Source of the DNA: Spirochaetia bacterium
GTDB taxonomy: Bacteria > Spirochaetota > Spirochaetia > SP-2023
Assembly (NCBI GenBank): GCA_965263295.1
Contig: OZ253665.1
Span: 256,001 to 320,000, forward strand
DNA length: 64,000 nt
Direction: 5' to 3'
A model generated the notes under the pieces. The model did no database searches, was not told the DNA's origin, and was given only the letters and a program-made list of their open reading frames with translations. This document shows, piece after piece, positions 39,031-49,685 of this stretch. Position 1 is the stretch's first letter. Each line of letters begins with the position of its first letter. Both the position numbers and the translations under genes were made by a program.

Positions 39031-39777
39031 TCAGAACCGAGTCAACGCGGCAAAGGATCCCGCTTCCAGGGAGGCGCCGCCCACCAGAGCACCGTTAATG
39101 TCACTCTCAGCCATCAAAGCCTTTACATTATCCGGTTTCACCGAACCGCCGTACTGGATCACAAGCTTTGCAGCGATATCTGCCGAGTACAGCTGAGTCA
39201 GCTTTTCACGGCAAGCCATATGAATTTGATTGGCATCTTCGGGACTGGCCGTCTTACCTGTACCAATGGCCCAAACGGGTTCATAAGCAATAACTACATT
39301 AACCATGTCGGCGGCGCTGACACCATTGAGGCACTCAGTTAATTGACGGCAACAGACATGGACAGCCTGGCCTGCCTCTCGTTCTTCCAAAATCTCACCA
39401 ACACATAAAATTGGCTTCAAACCCTGAGACAAGACTGTCTTCACCTTGGCATTAATGATTTGATCATTTTCACCGTAATACAGACGCCGTTCGGAATGCC
39501 CAAGAATCACATACTCAACACCCAAGTCTTTTAACATTAGGACAGAAGTTTCGCCGGTATAAGCACCTTCCAGATGTGCCGAAGCATTCTGTGCCGCCAG
39601 TTTGACATGGCTGGCGCGAATCGCGTCGGCCACTCTGGCCAAAGCGACAAAGGAAGGCGCGATGACTACTTCGCAACTAGCTCCAGCTGTTTGTTCTACG
39701 ACAGCCTTAGCCAAGGCCACAGCCTCCGATGGGGTTTTATTCAATTTCCAATTGCCCGCAATAATATACTTGCTCAT
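39031..39777 (-). CDS. tpiA: Triosephosphate isomerase
   Basis: AGNWK, GHSERR, AYEPVWAIGTG, YGGSV, LVGGASL. Confidence 0.98.
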   Translation of the reverse strand: MSKYIIAGNWKLNKTPSEAVALAKAVVEQTAGASCEVVIAPSFVALARVADAIRASHVKLAAQNASAHLEGAYTGETSVLMLKDLGVEYVILGHSERRLYYGENDQIINAKVKTVLSQGLKPILCVGEILEEREAGQAVHVCCRQLTECLNGVSAADMVNVVIAYEPVWAIGTGKTASPEDANQIHMACREKLTQLYSADIAAKLVIQYGGSVKPDNVKALMAESDINGALVGGASLEAGSFAALTRF

Positions 39778-40664
39778 AAGGACTCCTCGGATGCAGAAGC
39801 GGCCTGCATCAATATTTTTTGTTGAATTTTATCAATCAGCCAGTCTGGCGAAGAGGCTCCGGCGGACAAGCCGATGCGTCGATATTTTCCCGCAGAAATT
39901 TCTGCAGGCACATCGTCTTCATCCGCACAATGCCAGGCGGGCAAACCAGACTCTTGCGCGATCAAAAAGAGCTCTTGCGTGTTGGCACTGTGCTTGCCCC
40001 CAATTACCACAATGGCATCCACCTTGCCAATTAGTTGACGCAAGGCATTTTGCCTGTCTAAAGTCGCCTGACAGACAGTATCTTCTACCAGGATATCTGG
40101 GCGTTTTCCACGCAGGATTTCCGCCACCCTCAGGAAGGTCTCGCGTTTCCAAGTACTCTGAGAGAGCAATACCAGTTTATCAATATTATCGGGAACTTCA
40201 TATCTTCGCGCCTCCTCCAGTGATTCAATTACCCGGCCGCGCCCGGCAAAACTGATCAGGCCGCGCACTTCAGAATGTTGGCCATCGCCAGTCAAAAGAA
40301 CAAAATACCCTTGTTTTGAGTATTCAATAATTTTATTCCTGATGTCGCGCACCAAAGGACAAATACCCTCAAGAATATCAACTCGGCGGTTCTTTAACGC
40401 TTCATAATCGCTCTTTGGAGCACCGTGAGCGCGGATCAGAACGGTCGCCCCCTCACTGACGCTCTCCACGCTGTCGATTGAACGCAGTCCCAAGCCCTCA
40501 AGACGCTCAATCTCACTTTTGTTGTGAATTAAATCGCCGACAGTCTCCAAACGAAATTTCGGCTTGCGGGCATTCTTGCGGAACTCCTGCTCCGCGAGAA
40601 TGATGGCGCGCTGAACACCACCGCAAAACCCAAGGACGTCTGCCCGAATGACTTCCATCTGCAA
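39774..40664 (-). CDS. ispH: 4-hydroxy-3-methylbut-2-enyl diphosphate reductase
   Basis: GFCGGV.RA, LIHN, RAHG, CPLV, HSEV, TVCQAT..RQ, AGASSP. Confidence 0.93.
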   Translation of the reverse strand: MQMEVIRADVLGFCGGVQRAIILAEQEFRKNARKPKFRLETVGDLIHNKSEIERLEGLGLRSIDSVESVSEGATVLIRAHGAPKSDYEALKNRRVDILEGICPLVRDIRNKIIEYSKQGYFVLLTGDGQHSEVRGLISFAGRGRVIESLEEARRYEVPDNIDKLVLLSQSTWKRETFLRVAEILRGKRPDILVEDTVCQATLDRQNALRQLIGKVDAIVVIGGKHSANTQELFLIAQESGLPAWHCADEDDVPAEISAGKYRRIGLSAGASSPDWLIDKIQQKILMQAASASEESL

Positions 40665-40675
40665 ATTACTGCCTA

Positions 40676-41755
40676 TTATTTCTTCTTGCGCCGCGCTTCG
40701 CGCCTTTTGCGCTTGGCCTCCGTGGCCAGCCGGATTTCTTCTGCACTTTGCTTTACCTGCGGCTTTTTTTCTTTTTTGGCAGCAATACTCAAACTGTCCG
40801 CCCCTGAGCTGGAATGACTTGGCCTCACGCCACTGACTACTTTTAGCGGGCCGCCTTCAAGTCCTTTGCGACGGCGCATATCAAAGTACAACACGAGCGA
40901 CGAGGCAATGTAGACCGAAGAATAGGTACCGACAGCCACGCCGACAATCAGTTCCAAGGCAAAGAGTTTGACCGAACCATAGGCAAAAAAGTAAATAGCC
41001 AGCACAGCCAGCAATGTCGTCAAACTGGTGATCAAAGTACGACTCAATGTCGCTGTCACTGAATAGTTAATAATATCCTGCAGATTGCTGGTGTGCATTG
41101 TCATGCGATTTTCGCGAATGCGGTCAAACACGACAATAGTATCGTTTAACGAGTAACCGATCACGGTCAAAATAGCCGCGATTGTAGTGCTGGAGAAATC
41201 GAGCTGAAAAGCGCCGATAAAACCGACCAGAATGACACTGTCGTGAATCAAGGCAATGATCGCAGCCAGCGCGTAGCGAAGCTGAAAGCGATACCAGATG
41301 TACAGCAAAATCAAAAACAGAACGAAAAAAGTTAAAACCAAAGTTTGCCAGCGCAGGTAAGCCGACTGAGTCGGACTCACCAAGTCGGAACCTTCTATCC
41401 GAACGATATCCAGACCTGCAATTTTTTCCTTGGCCTGTCTTTCAAACTCCGCAATGTTCTCTTCTTCACTCGCCAGCTTCAGTGAATAACGCTTCTGATC
41501 ATAAAGGGCATTATCCACAATGTTCTGCACCTGCACCGGCTTACGGAACAAAGGCCCGACTTTTTCTTCAATCGCCCGGGCGTCGCTCCCATGATCTGCA
41601 GTGACGGTAAAAATCACACCTGAACTAAAATCAATACTAAAGTTAAAGCCGCCGCGCACAACAGTCAGGGCAGCCAGAAGTAAAATAGCCGTAACGGAAA
41701 GGGCGAAAAACAGCTTGTTGTACTTGGTAAAACTAATGACCTTTGCAACAGTCAT
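40676..41755 (-). CDS. secF: Protein translocase subunit SecF
   Basis: IDFSSG, IHD, GYSLNDTIVVFDRIREN, TLSRTLITS. Confidence 0.95.
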   Translation of the reverse strand: MTVAKVISFTKYNKLFFALSVTAILLLAALTVVRGGFNFSIDFSSGVIFTVTADHGSDARAIEEKVGPLFRKPVQVQNIVDNALYDQKRYSLKLASEEENIAEFERQAKEKIAGLDIVRIEGSDLVSPTQSAYLRWQTLVLTFFVLFLILLYIWYRFQLRYALAAIIALIHDSVILVGFIGAFQLDFSSTTIAAILTVIGYSLNDTIVVFDRIRENRMTMHTSNLQDIINYSVTATLSRTLITSLTTLLAVLAIYFFAYGSVKLFALELIVGVAVGTYSSVYIASSLVLYFDMRRRKGLEGGPLKVVSGVRPSHSSSGADSLSIAAKKEKKPQVKQSAEEIRLATEAKRKRREARRKKK

Positions 41756-41758
41756 ATT

Positions 41759-43600
41759 TTAAAGCCCTCCCAATTTTTGCCGAGCAACGGCAGAATCTGC
41801 CTTGCCCCACATAATTGCCAGTTTTTTGAATCTAAGTACATCCGTATTGAAGTCGAAAATCAGGCGGGCAATAAACAGCGCGGTAAACAAGGAACAGACG
41901 ATGCCCCAGGCCAAAGTAATCGCAAAACCCTGAATCCCGCCGTTACCCAACATGGCTAAACAAATCGCCGCAATACCAGTTGTAATATTGGAGTCGATAA
42001 TGGTCCAGAAAGCCCGCGAAAAACCGACTTCAATCGCTGCACGACGGCTTTTGCCTGATCGCAACTCTTCTTTGATCCTCTCGTAAATAATCACGTTAGC
42101 ATCCACAGAAATACCAATAGTCAAAATAATACCGGCTATCCCAGTCAGGGTCAGGGTACTATTCATAGTTGCCAAAATGGCAATCAGAAAAAATAAGTTT
42201 AAAACCAGCGCCAGATCGGCAATAAAGCCAGCAGAGCGATAGTAAAACAGCATAAAAAGCATCACCGCAAGCAGGCCGACGCCGATACCAATCAGGCCGG
42301 AGCGAATACTCTGTTCCCCAAGGGTGGCGCCGACCACGCGCTGCGAGTCAATATCCAGCGAAACAGGCAAATTGCCCGAATTGAGCACATTGACCAGATT
42401 TTTCGCCTCCTGGTCACTGAAGCGACCGGTGATGCGGCCGCCGCTGTACGAACTGGCGCCACCTGCGTTCTTGCTGATACGCGGGTAAGACAACACGCGT
42501 TTATCGAGCACAATAGCCATCAAGCGCTCACCGTTATTTGTAAAAATCTTCTGCTGCTTGGCCGCCCCGTCCTGATTCAGGTTGTAATTAATCTCCCATT
42601 GCCCGACTTGATTCTTATTCATTTGGGCATTGGTAATATTCTCACCATCGAGCAAGACATCTGACTCCAGCACGAGGTAGCCCCGCAACCTGTCCATACC
42701 AAACTTATCTTTTTCGTAGTAGCCTCGAATTACTTTGCCGGCAGGTAAATTGTAATCTTTAAATTCCCCCACCTCTGACAGGTCACGGGATTTAGCCGGG
42801 TTGGCGTTCAAATACTGGCCGAGTCTGTCCGTCTCAGATTCGTCGACCAAGTGGAATTCTAAACTGCCTTTGACCTGAAGTAAACTTTCGAGCACACCAG
42901 TATCGGTCTGCCCAGACTTATTGTTTTGACTGGGGACGACAATTTCAATGCGACCATCCTGATAAGAGTGGATCTCCGGCTCAGTCAAACCGAACTGGTC
43001 GACGCGATTTTGCAAAGAAGTCACGATCCGATCCCGCAGATAACGAGTGATATCGTTGCGCCCCTGAGGGCTATCAGCCATTAACTCTTCTACTTTCGCA
43101 TCGAACTCACTCTGATTGGGACGCACCATGACGCTTTGACCGCCATTCAAATCCAGGCCCAGACGTAAAGAGCTAGACTTGCGGCCGCGATACACGAGTA
43201 CCTGCTCCAGCAAATAGTCCTCCAGGCTAGAACGCATCAATTCGCGACCATCGTTATCGCCGCCAAACATTTTGGCGATGGCTTCCAAGGTCCAGGAAGC
43301 CGGCTTCTGAATATCTCGATAGCTTTTCTGGTAGCGCTTGGCCACTGTCAAAATATAATGCAGATTCTCTGGCAAGGCTGCGGCCAAAGCATCTTTATCT
43401 TTTGAGGACAAGTTCTGGAACTCCAGCATGTCCTTTTCCGATTGCAGGCGCAGCTCTTGTGCCAGCGCCGTGCGCGTCATGTTCGCAAACACCTGCTGTT
43501 CCTCGGTGGCGATAAAATACCACCATATACTTGGATATAAACCCCACAGAGCCAGAGCCAGGCTCAACAGGACAATGCTCAGGCGAGATATTTTACCCAT
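41759..43600 (-). CDS. secD: Protein translocase subunit SecD
   Basis: LGLDLNGG, RVDQFGLTEP, VGATLG, VDANVIIYERIKEE, IIDSNITT. Confidence 0.95.
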   Translation of the reverse strand: MGKISRLSIVLLSLALALWGLYPSIWWYFIATEEQQVFANMTRTALAQELRLQSEKDMLEFQNLSSKDKDALAAALPENLHYILTVAKRYQKSYRDIQKPASWTLEAIAKMFGGDNDGRELMRSSLEDYLLEQVLVYRGRKSSSLRLGLDLNGGQSVMVRPNQSEFDAKVEELMADSPQGRNDITRYLRDRIVTSLQNRVDQFGLTEPEIHSYQDGRIEIVVPSQNNKSGQTDTGVLESLLQVKGSLEFHLVDESETDRLGQYLNANPAKSRDLSEVGEFKDYNLPAGKVIRGYYEKDKFGMDRLRGYLVLESDVLLDGENITNAQMNKNQVGQWEINYNLNQDGAAKQQKIFTNNGERLMAIVLDKRVLSYPRISKNAGGASSYSGGRITGRFSDQEAKNLVNVLNSGNLPVSLDIDSQRVVGATLGEQSIRSGLIGIGVGLLAVMLFMLFYYRSAGFIADLALVLNLFFLIAILATMNSTLTLTGIAGIILTIGISVDANVIIYERIKEELRSGKSRRAAIEVGFSRAFWTIIDSNITTGIAAICLAMLGNGGIQGFAITLAWGIVCSLFTALFIARLIFDFNTDVLRFKKLAIMWGKADSAVARQKLGGL

Positions 43601-43620
43601 AATTCACCAATTAGCGGGCT

Positions 43621-44133
43621 TTATAAGGCCCCCTCTTCTCCCTTAATTTGCTTATCGTTGTCTTCAGCTTTCTCGTCTTTGTCCTTTTTGATTTTTGCTG
43701 CGCCATTTTGCTTGCCAGAATTCAAAATCTCGCTGCGACGACGGGCATTTTCTTTCTCATCCAGCAACACTTCGGCAATAGCCGAACGAGAAAATTCAAT
43801 CTTACAATTATCGTCAACCTTGATACTCACGGTTTCGTCACTGACCTTGGCCACTGAGCCCCGCACGCCGCCGATGGTAACCACACGGTCATTTTTTTCA
43901 ATGGTTTTCAGCATCGCTTCGCGCTGTTTTTGTTTCTGCCTTTGGGGGCGAATCATAAAAAACCAGAACACGACAAAAATAAGCCCCATAAAGACAAAAG
44001 TCTGAACCATACTGGGCCCCTCGCCGCCCGCGCCAGATTGTGGCGCCGCCAACAGGAACAAGCCCGCGTGCCGAATTGCGCAAACCTGACCGAAAAAGTC
44101 CTGACTCGCAAGATTTTGCATAGCAGAAAACAT
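43621..44133 (-). CDS. yajC: Preprotein translocase subunit YajC
   Basis: FWFFMIRPQRQKQK...DRVVTIGGVRG. Confidence 0.93.
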   Translation of the reverse strand: MFSAMQNLASQDFFGQVCAIRHAGLFLLAAPQSGAGGEGPSMVQTFVFMGLIFVVFWFFMIRPQRQKQKQREAMLKTIEKNDRVVTIGGVRGSVAKVSDETVSIKVDDNCKIEFSRSAIAEVLLDEKENARRRSEILNSGKQNGAAKIKKDKDEKAEDNDKQIKGEEGAL

Positions 44134-44363
44134 GTCTTGTACTCCTCAAATTAAATTCCCGCCTGAGTTCCTACCACAAAAAACCTTCCGGGCTAAAAAC
44201 AGACAGGGAGAACTAAAGCCCGGCCAAAACCAAGGTAAATATAGAATGACAAAGCATTAAGCAAGAATAAAATGCATGAATCACATCCCACACCCACGGC
44301 AAACAACCAGGCGCGGTTGCAAAAGCATTTTGCAGTGGAGCGGAATGTAACATGTCGCAGCCA

Positions 44364-46946
44364 TTAGGTCAAGTACCTATAAGCTTTTCGCAGATCTACA
44401 CCACGCCTAAAACGCGAGCTGAAAGCCCAGCGCAAAAGTATCGGCGTCAGGTACAAATCCGCGAACAGAGCCGCCAGCATGGCAATTATAGTATACAAGC
44501 CCATATAACTAATGTTAGCCGCCCGCGAGAGCAGCAGCGAGGCAAACAAGACACAAAGGATCAATGTCGTCGTAATCAGTGCCGGGGCTATTTGATTTAG
44601 TGCTACCTTGATCACCCGGTCAATCTGGGCATAGCTGTAGAGCCCCCGACTCCCCGTAGAATCTTGGCACCTTAAGAGCCATTGCACATAACCGAGGAAA
44701 TATACCGTGTCATCGACTGCCAAGCCAATAATCATAGGCCCTACAGTCATGGAAACGAACTCTAACTGGCGCCCCAACAGCACCACTGCGGCCCCACTCA
44801 GAAGAACCGGGAACAAATTAGGCACCAGGGCAATCAGGCCAATACGCAGGCTGCGCAGCAAGACGAAGAGCAGCAAGGACACAAGCAGCAGCGATATTGC
44901 AAAAGAATGCAGCAAGCCATAAGTGATGTACTGATTCATAATGGCCAATTGAAAAACTCCACCCAGGGGTTCGACGCGCACGCCCCAAGCTGCCGGAAAG
45001 AATTCCGCCGCCTGTCGGCGGACCTCCTGCATGTGGGCAATATTTTCTTCAGAACTACCCTGACGCACTTGCACCAGGATGCGCAGACTGTGGTCACCGG
45101 CTGAGTACCACTGGTCACTCTCCCCCTGAAACAAATGTTCCCAAGTGAGCAAGGCCTGTTGCGCCTGGCGCGCCGTGGGCGGAAATTCAGAACTTCCGCG
45201 GTAAGTCCGTTGCACACTTTGAATGAAATTCGTAACCGATGTGACATTCTTTACCAACTCATTGCTCGCCAGGCGTTGTTCAAACTTTGCCACCTGCCGC
45301 AGGTATTGGGGTTGCAATGCTTCTTCGGCAAAGATTAAATCCACATTGTAAAAGCCCCCGGCACCCGTCTCTGAACGTGAAACCTGCATTAGTTCGCGCA
45401 CATATTCAAACTTTGCACCCAGGACGGACTCAGTCGACAAATCTACCTGCAATTGCGGCAGAAGCCACAGACTGAACGCCATTAGCAAAGCTGCCAGCAC
45501 CAGAGTCACACGCCGCCTGCGATAGCAAAGTAGGGCCAGACAAATAACTGGAGCGTATACGGCCTTCTGAATGCGGCGCTGTAAGCGCACGGCACGCCGC
45601 GTATCGGGCCTGCGGGTCCGTTTGCCCGCATTTAGCAACAAGCTACTAAACAGTGTCAAAGAAAATACATAAGAAAAACTGACCGCCAGGGCGGACTGCA
45701 ACCCGGCTGTCCGTATCATGGGAATAGGTACGACAAGGAAACTGAGTAGAGAAAGTACAGTCGTCAAAGCAGCAAAACTCAAGGGGCGGAAATTCTGCGC
45801 CAAAGCCTGAGACAAAACCTGCCGCGCTCGCACACTCTGCGAATGCCCCCCTCCACGATGGCAGAAACCCTGCTTCTCCCACGACTTTTCAATGTGCACG
45901 CAATAACTGATGCTGCTGGCAAATCCCAGCAGAACCGGTATCATGACGAAGGTCTTGTCAATCGCCATGTCTAGCCAGGCACTGAGCCCGAAGACAAGCA
46001 ATACATTGGCCACGACACAGAGCAGTGCAGCTACAGCGGCCATGCGGCTTTGCATGAGTATAAAAATGCATATCAGACAAACCAGACTCGCAATGCCGAG
46101 CACTTTAATTAGGTCCGCACTCAATTCGCGCTCCAAGCGATGACTGTTCACAGGGATTCCCACCGGAATAAACTTCAACTCTGGGTCCGCAAATTTGCCC
46201 TGATAGCGTCTCAACAGCGCGTCGAGCAGCTCTCCCACGATGCTCCCGGGTTCCTGTTCGCCTGCCCTCTCCAACAATTCACTGACAGTACGCAGTTTGG
46301 CCTGCTGGAATAACGATGGCAATTGCCACGACCAATCTGCGACCTGGCTAACCTGATGATTGAATGAACGCTGCACCAGATAGTCACGAAACGACTCCAA
46401 CTTGCCCACATCCACTAATGGAGCCGTCGGTTCCGCAGCGGCTTTCTGCCGCAGTTGCGCAAAGTAACTATCATAAGGGTAAACTTCGACGAGTAGCCAA
46501 AGGCTACGCCAGTCTTGCGAATGCAAGGAATCCAGCTCGGGAAACTTCGCCGCAAAATCACGCACATACTGCAAACGTTCTGCCGCCGTATCGCCATGAC
46601 TCTTTAGCCACAGACCGCTCAGACTCCGCACCGAACGCACATAGGGCAGCTGCTCTATCTCACGGCTCAGCAGGCTAAGTCGGTCCATTACTTGGGGCTG
46701 CAACAAGTCTTCATGCGGCGCGGCGGCTTCGCCTAGTTCGACATAAATCCCGATATTGTCGCCAATCTGATATTTCTGCTTAAATTCCCGGTTGGCGCGG
46801 GCACTTTCGTCGCGCTGCAAAAAAAACTTGCCTGGGTTCACGTCAATATGCAAACGAGGCAAGGCCGCGGCGGCGGCGACCAACAACAGGGTCAGAGCCA
46901 GCCACAACCACGGCGAATAACGCCCCAGCCACTTGGCATATGCCAT
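44364..46946 (-). CDS. MMPL/RND-family transporter
   Basis: Two repeats of large loop plus TM bundle; ALTTVLSLLSF, LVPNLFP, IGLAVDDTVYF. ATG 46946 preferred because the longer ORF overlaps the upstream gene. Confidence 0.85.
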   Translation of the reverse strand: MAYAKWLGRYSPWLWLALTLLLVAAAAALPRLHIDVNPGKFFLQRDESARANREFKQKYQIGDNIGIYVELGEAAAPHEDLLQPQVMDRLSLLSREIEQLPYVRSVRSLSGLWLKSHGDTAAERLQYVRDFAAKFPELDSLHSQDWRSLWLLVEVYPYDSYFAQLRQKAAAEPTAPLVDVGKLESFRDYLVQRSFNHQVSQVADWSWQLPSLFQQAKLRTVSELLERAGEQEPGSIVGELLDALLRRYQGKFADPELKFIPVGIPVNSHRLERELSADLIKVLGIASLVCLICIFILMQSRMAAVAALLCVVANVLLVFGLSAWLDMAIDKTFVMIPVLLGFASSISYCVHIEKSWEKQGFCHRGGGHSQSVRARQVLSQALAQNFRPLSFAALTTVLSLLSFLVVPIPMIRTAGLQSALAVSFSYVFSLTLFSSLLLNAGKRTRRPDTRRAVRLQRRIQKAVYAPVICLALLCYRRRRVTLVLAALLMAFSLWLLPQLQVDLSTESVLGAKFEYVRELMQVSRSETGAGGFYNVDLIFAEEALQPQYLRQVAKFEQRLASNELVKNVTSVTNFIQSVQRTYRGSSEFPPTARQAQQALLTWEHLFQGESDQWYSAGDHSLRILVQVRQGSSEENIAHMQEVRRQAAEFFPAAWGVRVEPLGGVFQLAIMNQYITYGLLHSFAISLLLVSLLLFVLLRSLRIGLIALVPNLFPVLLSGAAVVLLGRQLEFVSMTVGPMIIGLAVDDTVYFLGYVQWLLRCQDSTGSRGLYSYAQIDRVIKVALNQIAPALITTTLILCVLFASLLLSRAANISYMGLYTIIAMLAALFADLYLTPILLRWAFSSRFRRGVDLRKAYRYLT

Positions 46947-47152
46947 ATATATTTTGGCCTCAGGCTGGCGCGAGCGCAGCTTGAGGCTGCGGAACTTTGA
47001 TCTCTTTAACAAATAGAACTCCTGTGGCTCAAATTGATCTTGACCCCGCCAGGTGAGAAATAAAAGCCGCATTGAAAACGGTTTAAAACCTGCGAGCTGT
47101 TGGAACTCAGCATATTTTGAGTTGCAACTTACAAAATATTGCCTCTCAAATT

Positions 47153-48808
47153 TTACAGCATGGCAAAGTCTAGTTCCAAACAAGCAAAGGGGCAACGATC
47201 TTGAGCTGCGGGATAGAGCTGCTGCAGCAAGGGCCACAACGCGGGAGCCAGGAGCTTGCGCAGCCGCAGCAAGAGCGCCGCCCCGGGCCTAAGCTGTGGC
47301 TGCTCGCCCGGCAGCCAGGCAAAGCGCATCAATAACTGGCTGCCAGCACCTTCCCGGCCGTCAGCGTCACGGCTGCCGCGCAGCTCTCCATAAGCTTTGC
47401 ACGCTGTATAATCCGTTTCCCAACGCTTTGCCGTCCCACCCGCCTCCAGCAAACTGAGTTCTGGCCAATAGCCGTGCCAATGCAGTTGGGTAAAACCGGA
47501 CATTCGCGCAGCTGCTGCCGGCTCTGTCTGGCCGGCGGCTCGCAAGCCGGCCTGTCGCATACCGAAGGGCGGCAGCCACTGTAAGTGCCGCCGCAACTGC
47601 GGCAGCAGGCGCCGCTGTACCGCCCGCCATACGTTATTTAGGCTGGCGGGCTGTAACTCCGAACTGCCCTGTGCCGATACTGGCGGCTCATCCTCAAGCT
47701 CAAGCTGCGGCGAAGGCACCGCGGCAGAGAGTGGCGCAAAATTGCGCAGACCCCAGTCGAGCAGGGCCTCAGCCTCAGCGGCACGCCGCTTCAAGCCCCG
47801 CGTCACATCATTGGCGCGAATACCCATCAAAACAGCGATAAGACGCCAGTCCCCGCGTCTTAACTCGGCCGTAAAGTTAAAACCCGCTTCATAGGTAAAA
47901 CCCGTCTTCAGGCCGTCAATCTCAGGGTAGTGAGCCAGCAAGAGGTTGGTATTGCGCTTGCGGCGCCCCAGCACTTCAATTTCCTGCTGGCGGTGCCAGG
48001 CCAGAGCCTGGGGAAAGCTATGAACGTAATAGGCCGCCAGATGCGCCATGTCCAAAGGCGAAATCAGGTCGTCCTCGCTCCAGCCGTCCGGGTCGACAAA
48101 CTGTGCTGATTCCAGGCCCAATGCTGTGGCGCGGCGGTTCATACGCGCCACGAAACGGGCCAAAGCTTCGGACTCGCCCAGTTGCTCGCCCTCCCGCGCG
48201 ACTTCGCGCTCAGCCAAAATAGCCAGGGCATAAATGGCATCATTGGCCGAAATAATAATGCTGTAAGAAAGTAGTTCGGCCCAACTGTGCCACTCGCCGG
48301 CCTTCAGACCCGCAACCGCGGCATCAAAGGGCCGCTCTGTGGCGGCCGCAAGTGAAGGCACCCGCCGCAGTTCCTCCACGTTGACGCCCTGCCGCTGCAA
48401 AATCTCTTGCACCAGCAACAAGCTCATCAACTTAGCCATCGAGGCCGTAGGCCGAGCTGTCGTCGCATCGCGCTGCCACAGCAGCTGGCCGGCGGACCAC
48501 GACCGCTCAAGGGGGCTGACGCCTCCTTGCCGCACGGCGTAAAGGGCGGCCCCAGGGGCCGTGATCTGCTCCACCGCAGAGTGCAGTACCGCAGAATAAG
48601 CTAGCTGTGGCACGGCATCGGGCGGGGCGACTTGCTGCCACAACGGAGCTCCAGAAGCCGGCAGCTCGGCCAGGTTCCCTGGCAATGCGCCCAGAGCCGA
48701 ATTATCATGCGAACTATAATGCAAGAGCAGCGCCAAAGCGGCGAGCGTACTCAACACGAGAAAAAGCACAGCCGAGAGCAACTGAGCCTGAATATTCAGA
48801 CTGGCCAC
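47153..48808 (-). CDS. D-alanyl-D-alanine carboxypeptidase (peptidase S11)
   Basis: ASMAK (SxxK), SAN (SxN), LKTGFT (KTG); N-terminal anchor. Confidence 0.88.
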   Translation of the reverse strand: MASLNIQAQLLSAVLFLVLSTLAALALLLHYSSHDNSALGALPGNLAELPASGAPLWQQVAPPDAVPQLAYSAVLHSAVEQITAPGAALYAVRQGGVSPLERSWSAGQLLWQRDATTARPTASMAKLMSLLLVQEILQRQGVNVEELRRVPSLAAATERPFDAAVAGLKAGEWHSWAELLSYSIIISANDAIYALAILAEREVAREGEQLGESEALARFVARMNRRATALGLESAQFVDPDGWSEDDLISPLDMAHLAAYYVHSFPQALAWHRQQEIEVLGRRKRNTNLLLAHYPEIDGLKTGFTYEAGFNFTAELRRGDWRLIAVLMGIRANDVTRGLKRRAAEAEALLDWGLRNFAPLSAAVPSPQLELEDEPPVSAQGSSELQPASLNNVWRAVQRRLLPQLRRHLQWLPPFGMRQAGLRAAGQTEPAAAARMSGFTQLHWHGYWPELSLLEAGGTAKRWETDYTACKAYGELRGSRDADGREGAGSQLLMRFAWLPGEQPQLRPGAALLLRLRKLLAPALWPLLQQLYPAAQDRCPFACLELDFAML

Positions 48809-48898
48809 AGCGCTGTGCGGCCGCGCTTCAGCGCAAGGCTCCAGGTTCTGTACGGATTCCTTTTCGGGCGCGGCGACAGATTTAATGACAGAACCTCG

Positions 48899-49579
48899 CT
48901 AAAGACTCAGAAAGTACTCGTGCAACAAAGTACTGTCTGTCAGCTCAGGATGGAAACTGGCAACCACCACCTTGTCTTGCTGCAAGCAAATAGCTTGCGC
49001 TTCGTAGCGCAGCAGTACACGGACACCCGGCCCCCAAGATACCGCCTGCGGGGCGCGAATGAATATCAGCGGCAACGCAGTGCCGTTCTGCCCGCGCTGG
49101 CGCACAAAATCGGCAAAATCGGTTGCTTGCGGCCGTTGCCGCAGCAAGTCCAGTTGCGTGCTAAAACTGGCTATCTGACGACCATAGGCATTGCGCCGGA
49201 CTTGCAAATCAATAGCTCCAAGGCAGGGCTGTTCGCCAAAATTGCGCGTGTGATCAGCCAGCCGCCTACCCGCGCTGTGTTCAGGGCCCACGCCATCACT
49301 CAGAGCGGCAATATGGCGCGAAAGCAGTATCATGCCGGCACAGGTCCCCAACATGGGCATGCCCGCCTGGGCACGTTTGAGCAGAGGCTGCCAGAGATCG
49401 GCCTTTTGCAACAGGCGATACATGGTTGTGCTCTCGCCGCCGGGAATCACCAGGCGCTCACAGCGCTCCAGCTCTTGGGGGCGGCGCACCTCTATGGTGG
49501 CGACACCGCAGCGACTCAAGGCCTCGCGGTGCTTGGCATAATCGCCCTGCATCGCCAGGACCCCACATAAATTACTCAT
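48899..49579 (-). CDS. pdxT: Pyridoxal 5'-phosphate synthase glutaminase subunit
   Basis: GVLAMQG, IPGGESTT, GTCAGMI, RNAYGRQ, FIRAP, FHPELT. Confidence 0.95.
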   Translation of the reverse strand: MSNLCGVLAMQGDYAKHREALSRCGVATIEVRRPQELERCERLVIPGGESTTMYRLLQKADLWQPLLKRAQAGMPMLGTCAGMILLSRHIAALSDGVGPEHSAGRRLADHTRNFGEQPCLGAIDLQVRRNAYGRQIASFSTQLDLLRQRPQATDFADFVRQRGQNGTALPLIFIRAPQAVSWGPGVRVLLRYEAQAICLQQDKVVVASFHPELTDSTLLHEYFLSL

Positions 49580-49685
49580 CTAGCTCACTCAGAATGCAAG
49601 AAGACGCAGACAAAACCAGAAATATCATGGATACCTCCTGCCTCCTCGGTTTTGTTTTATCTGGCTCAAGTGCAAATAGCGTTGC

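Noticed and set aside
46947..47237. N-terminal extension of the MMPL ORF overlapping the carboxypeptidase
   Set aside because: The extension is not family-like; ATG 46946 just before the first TM helix is the more plausible start.
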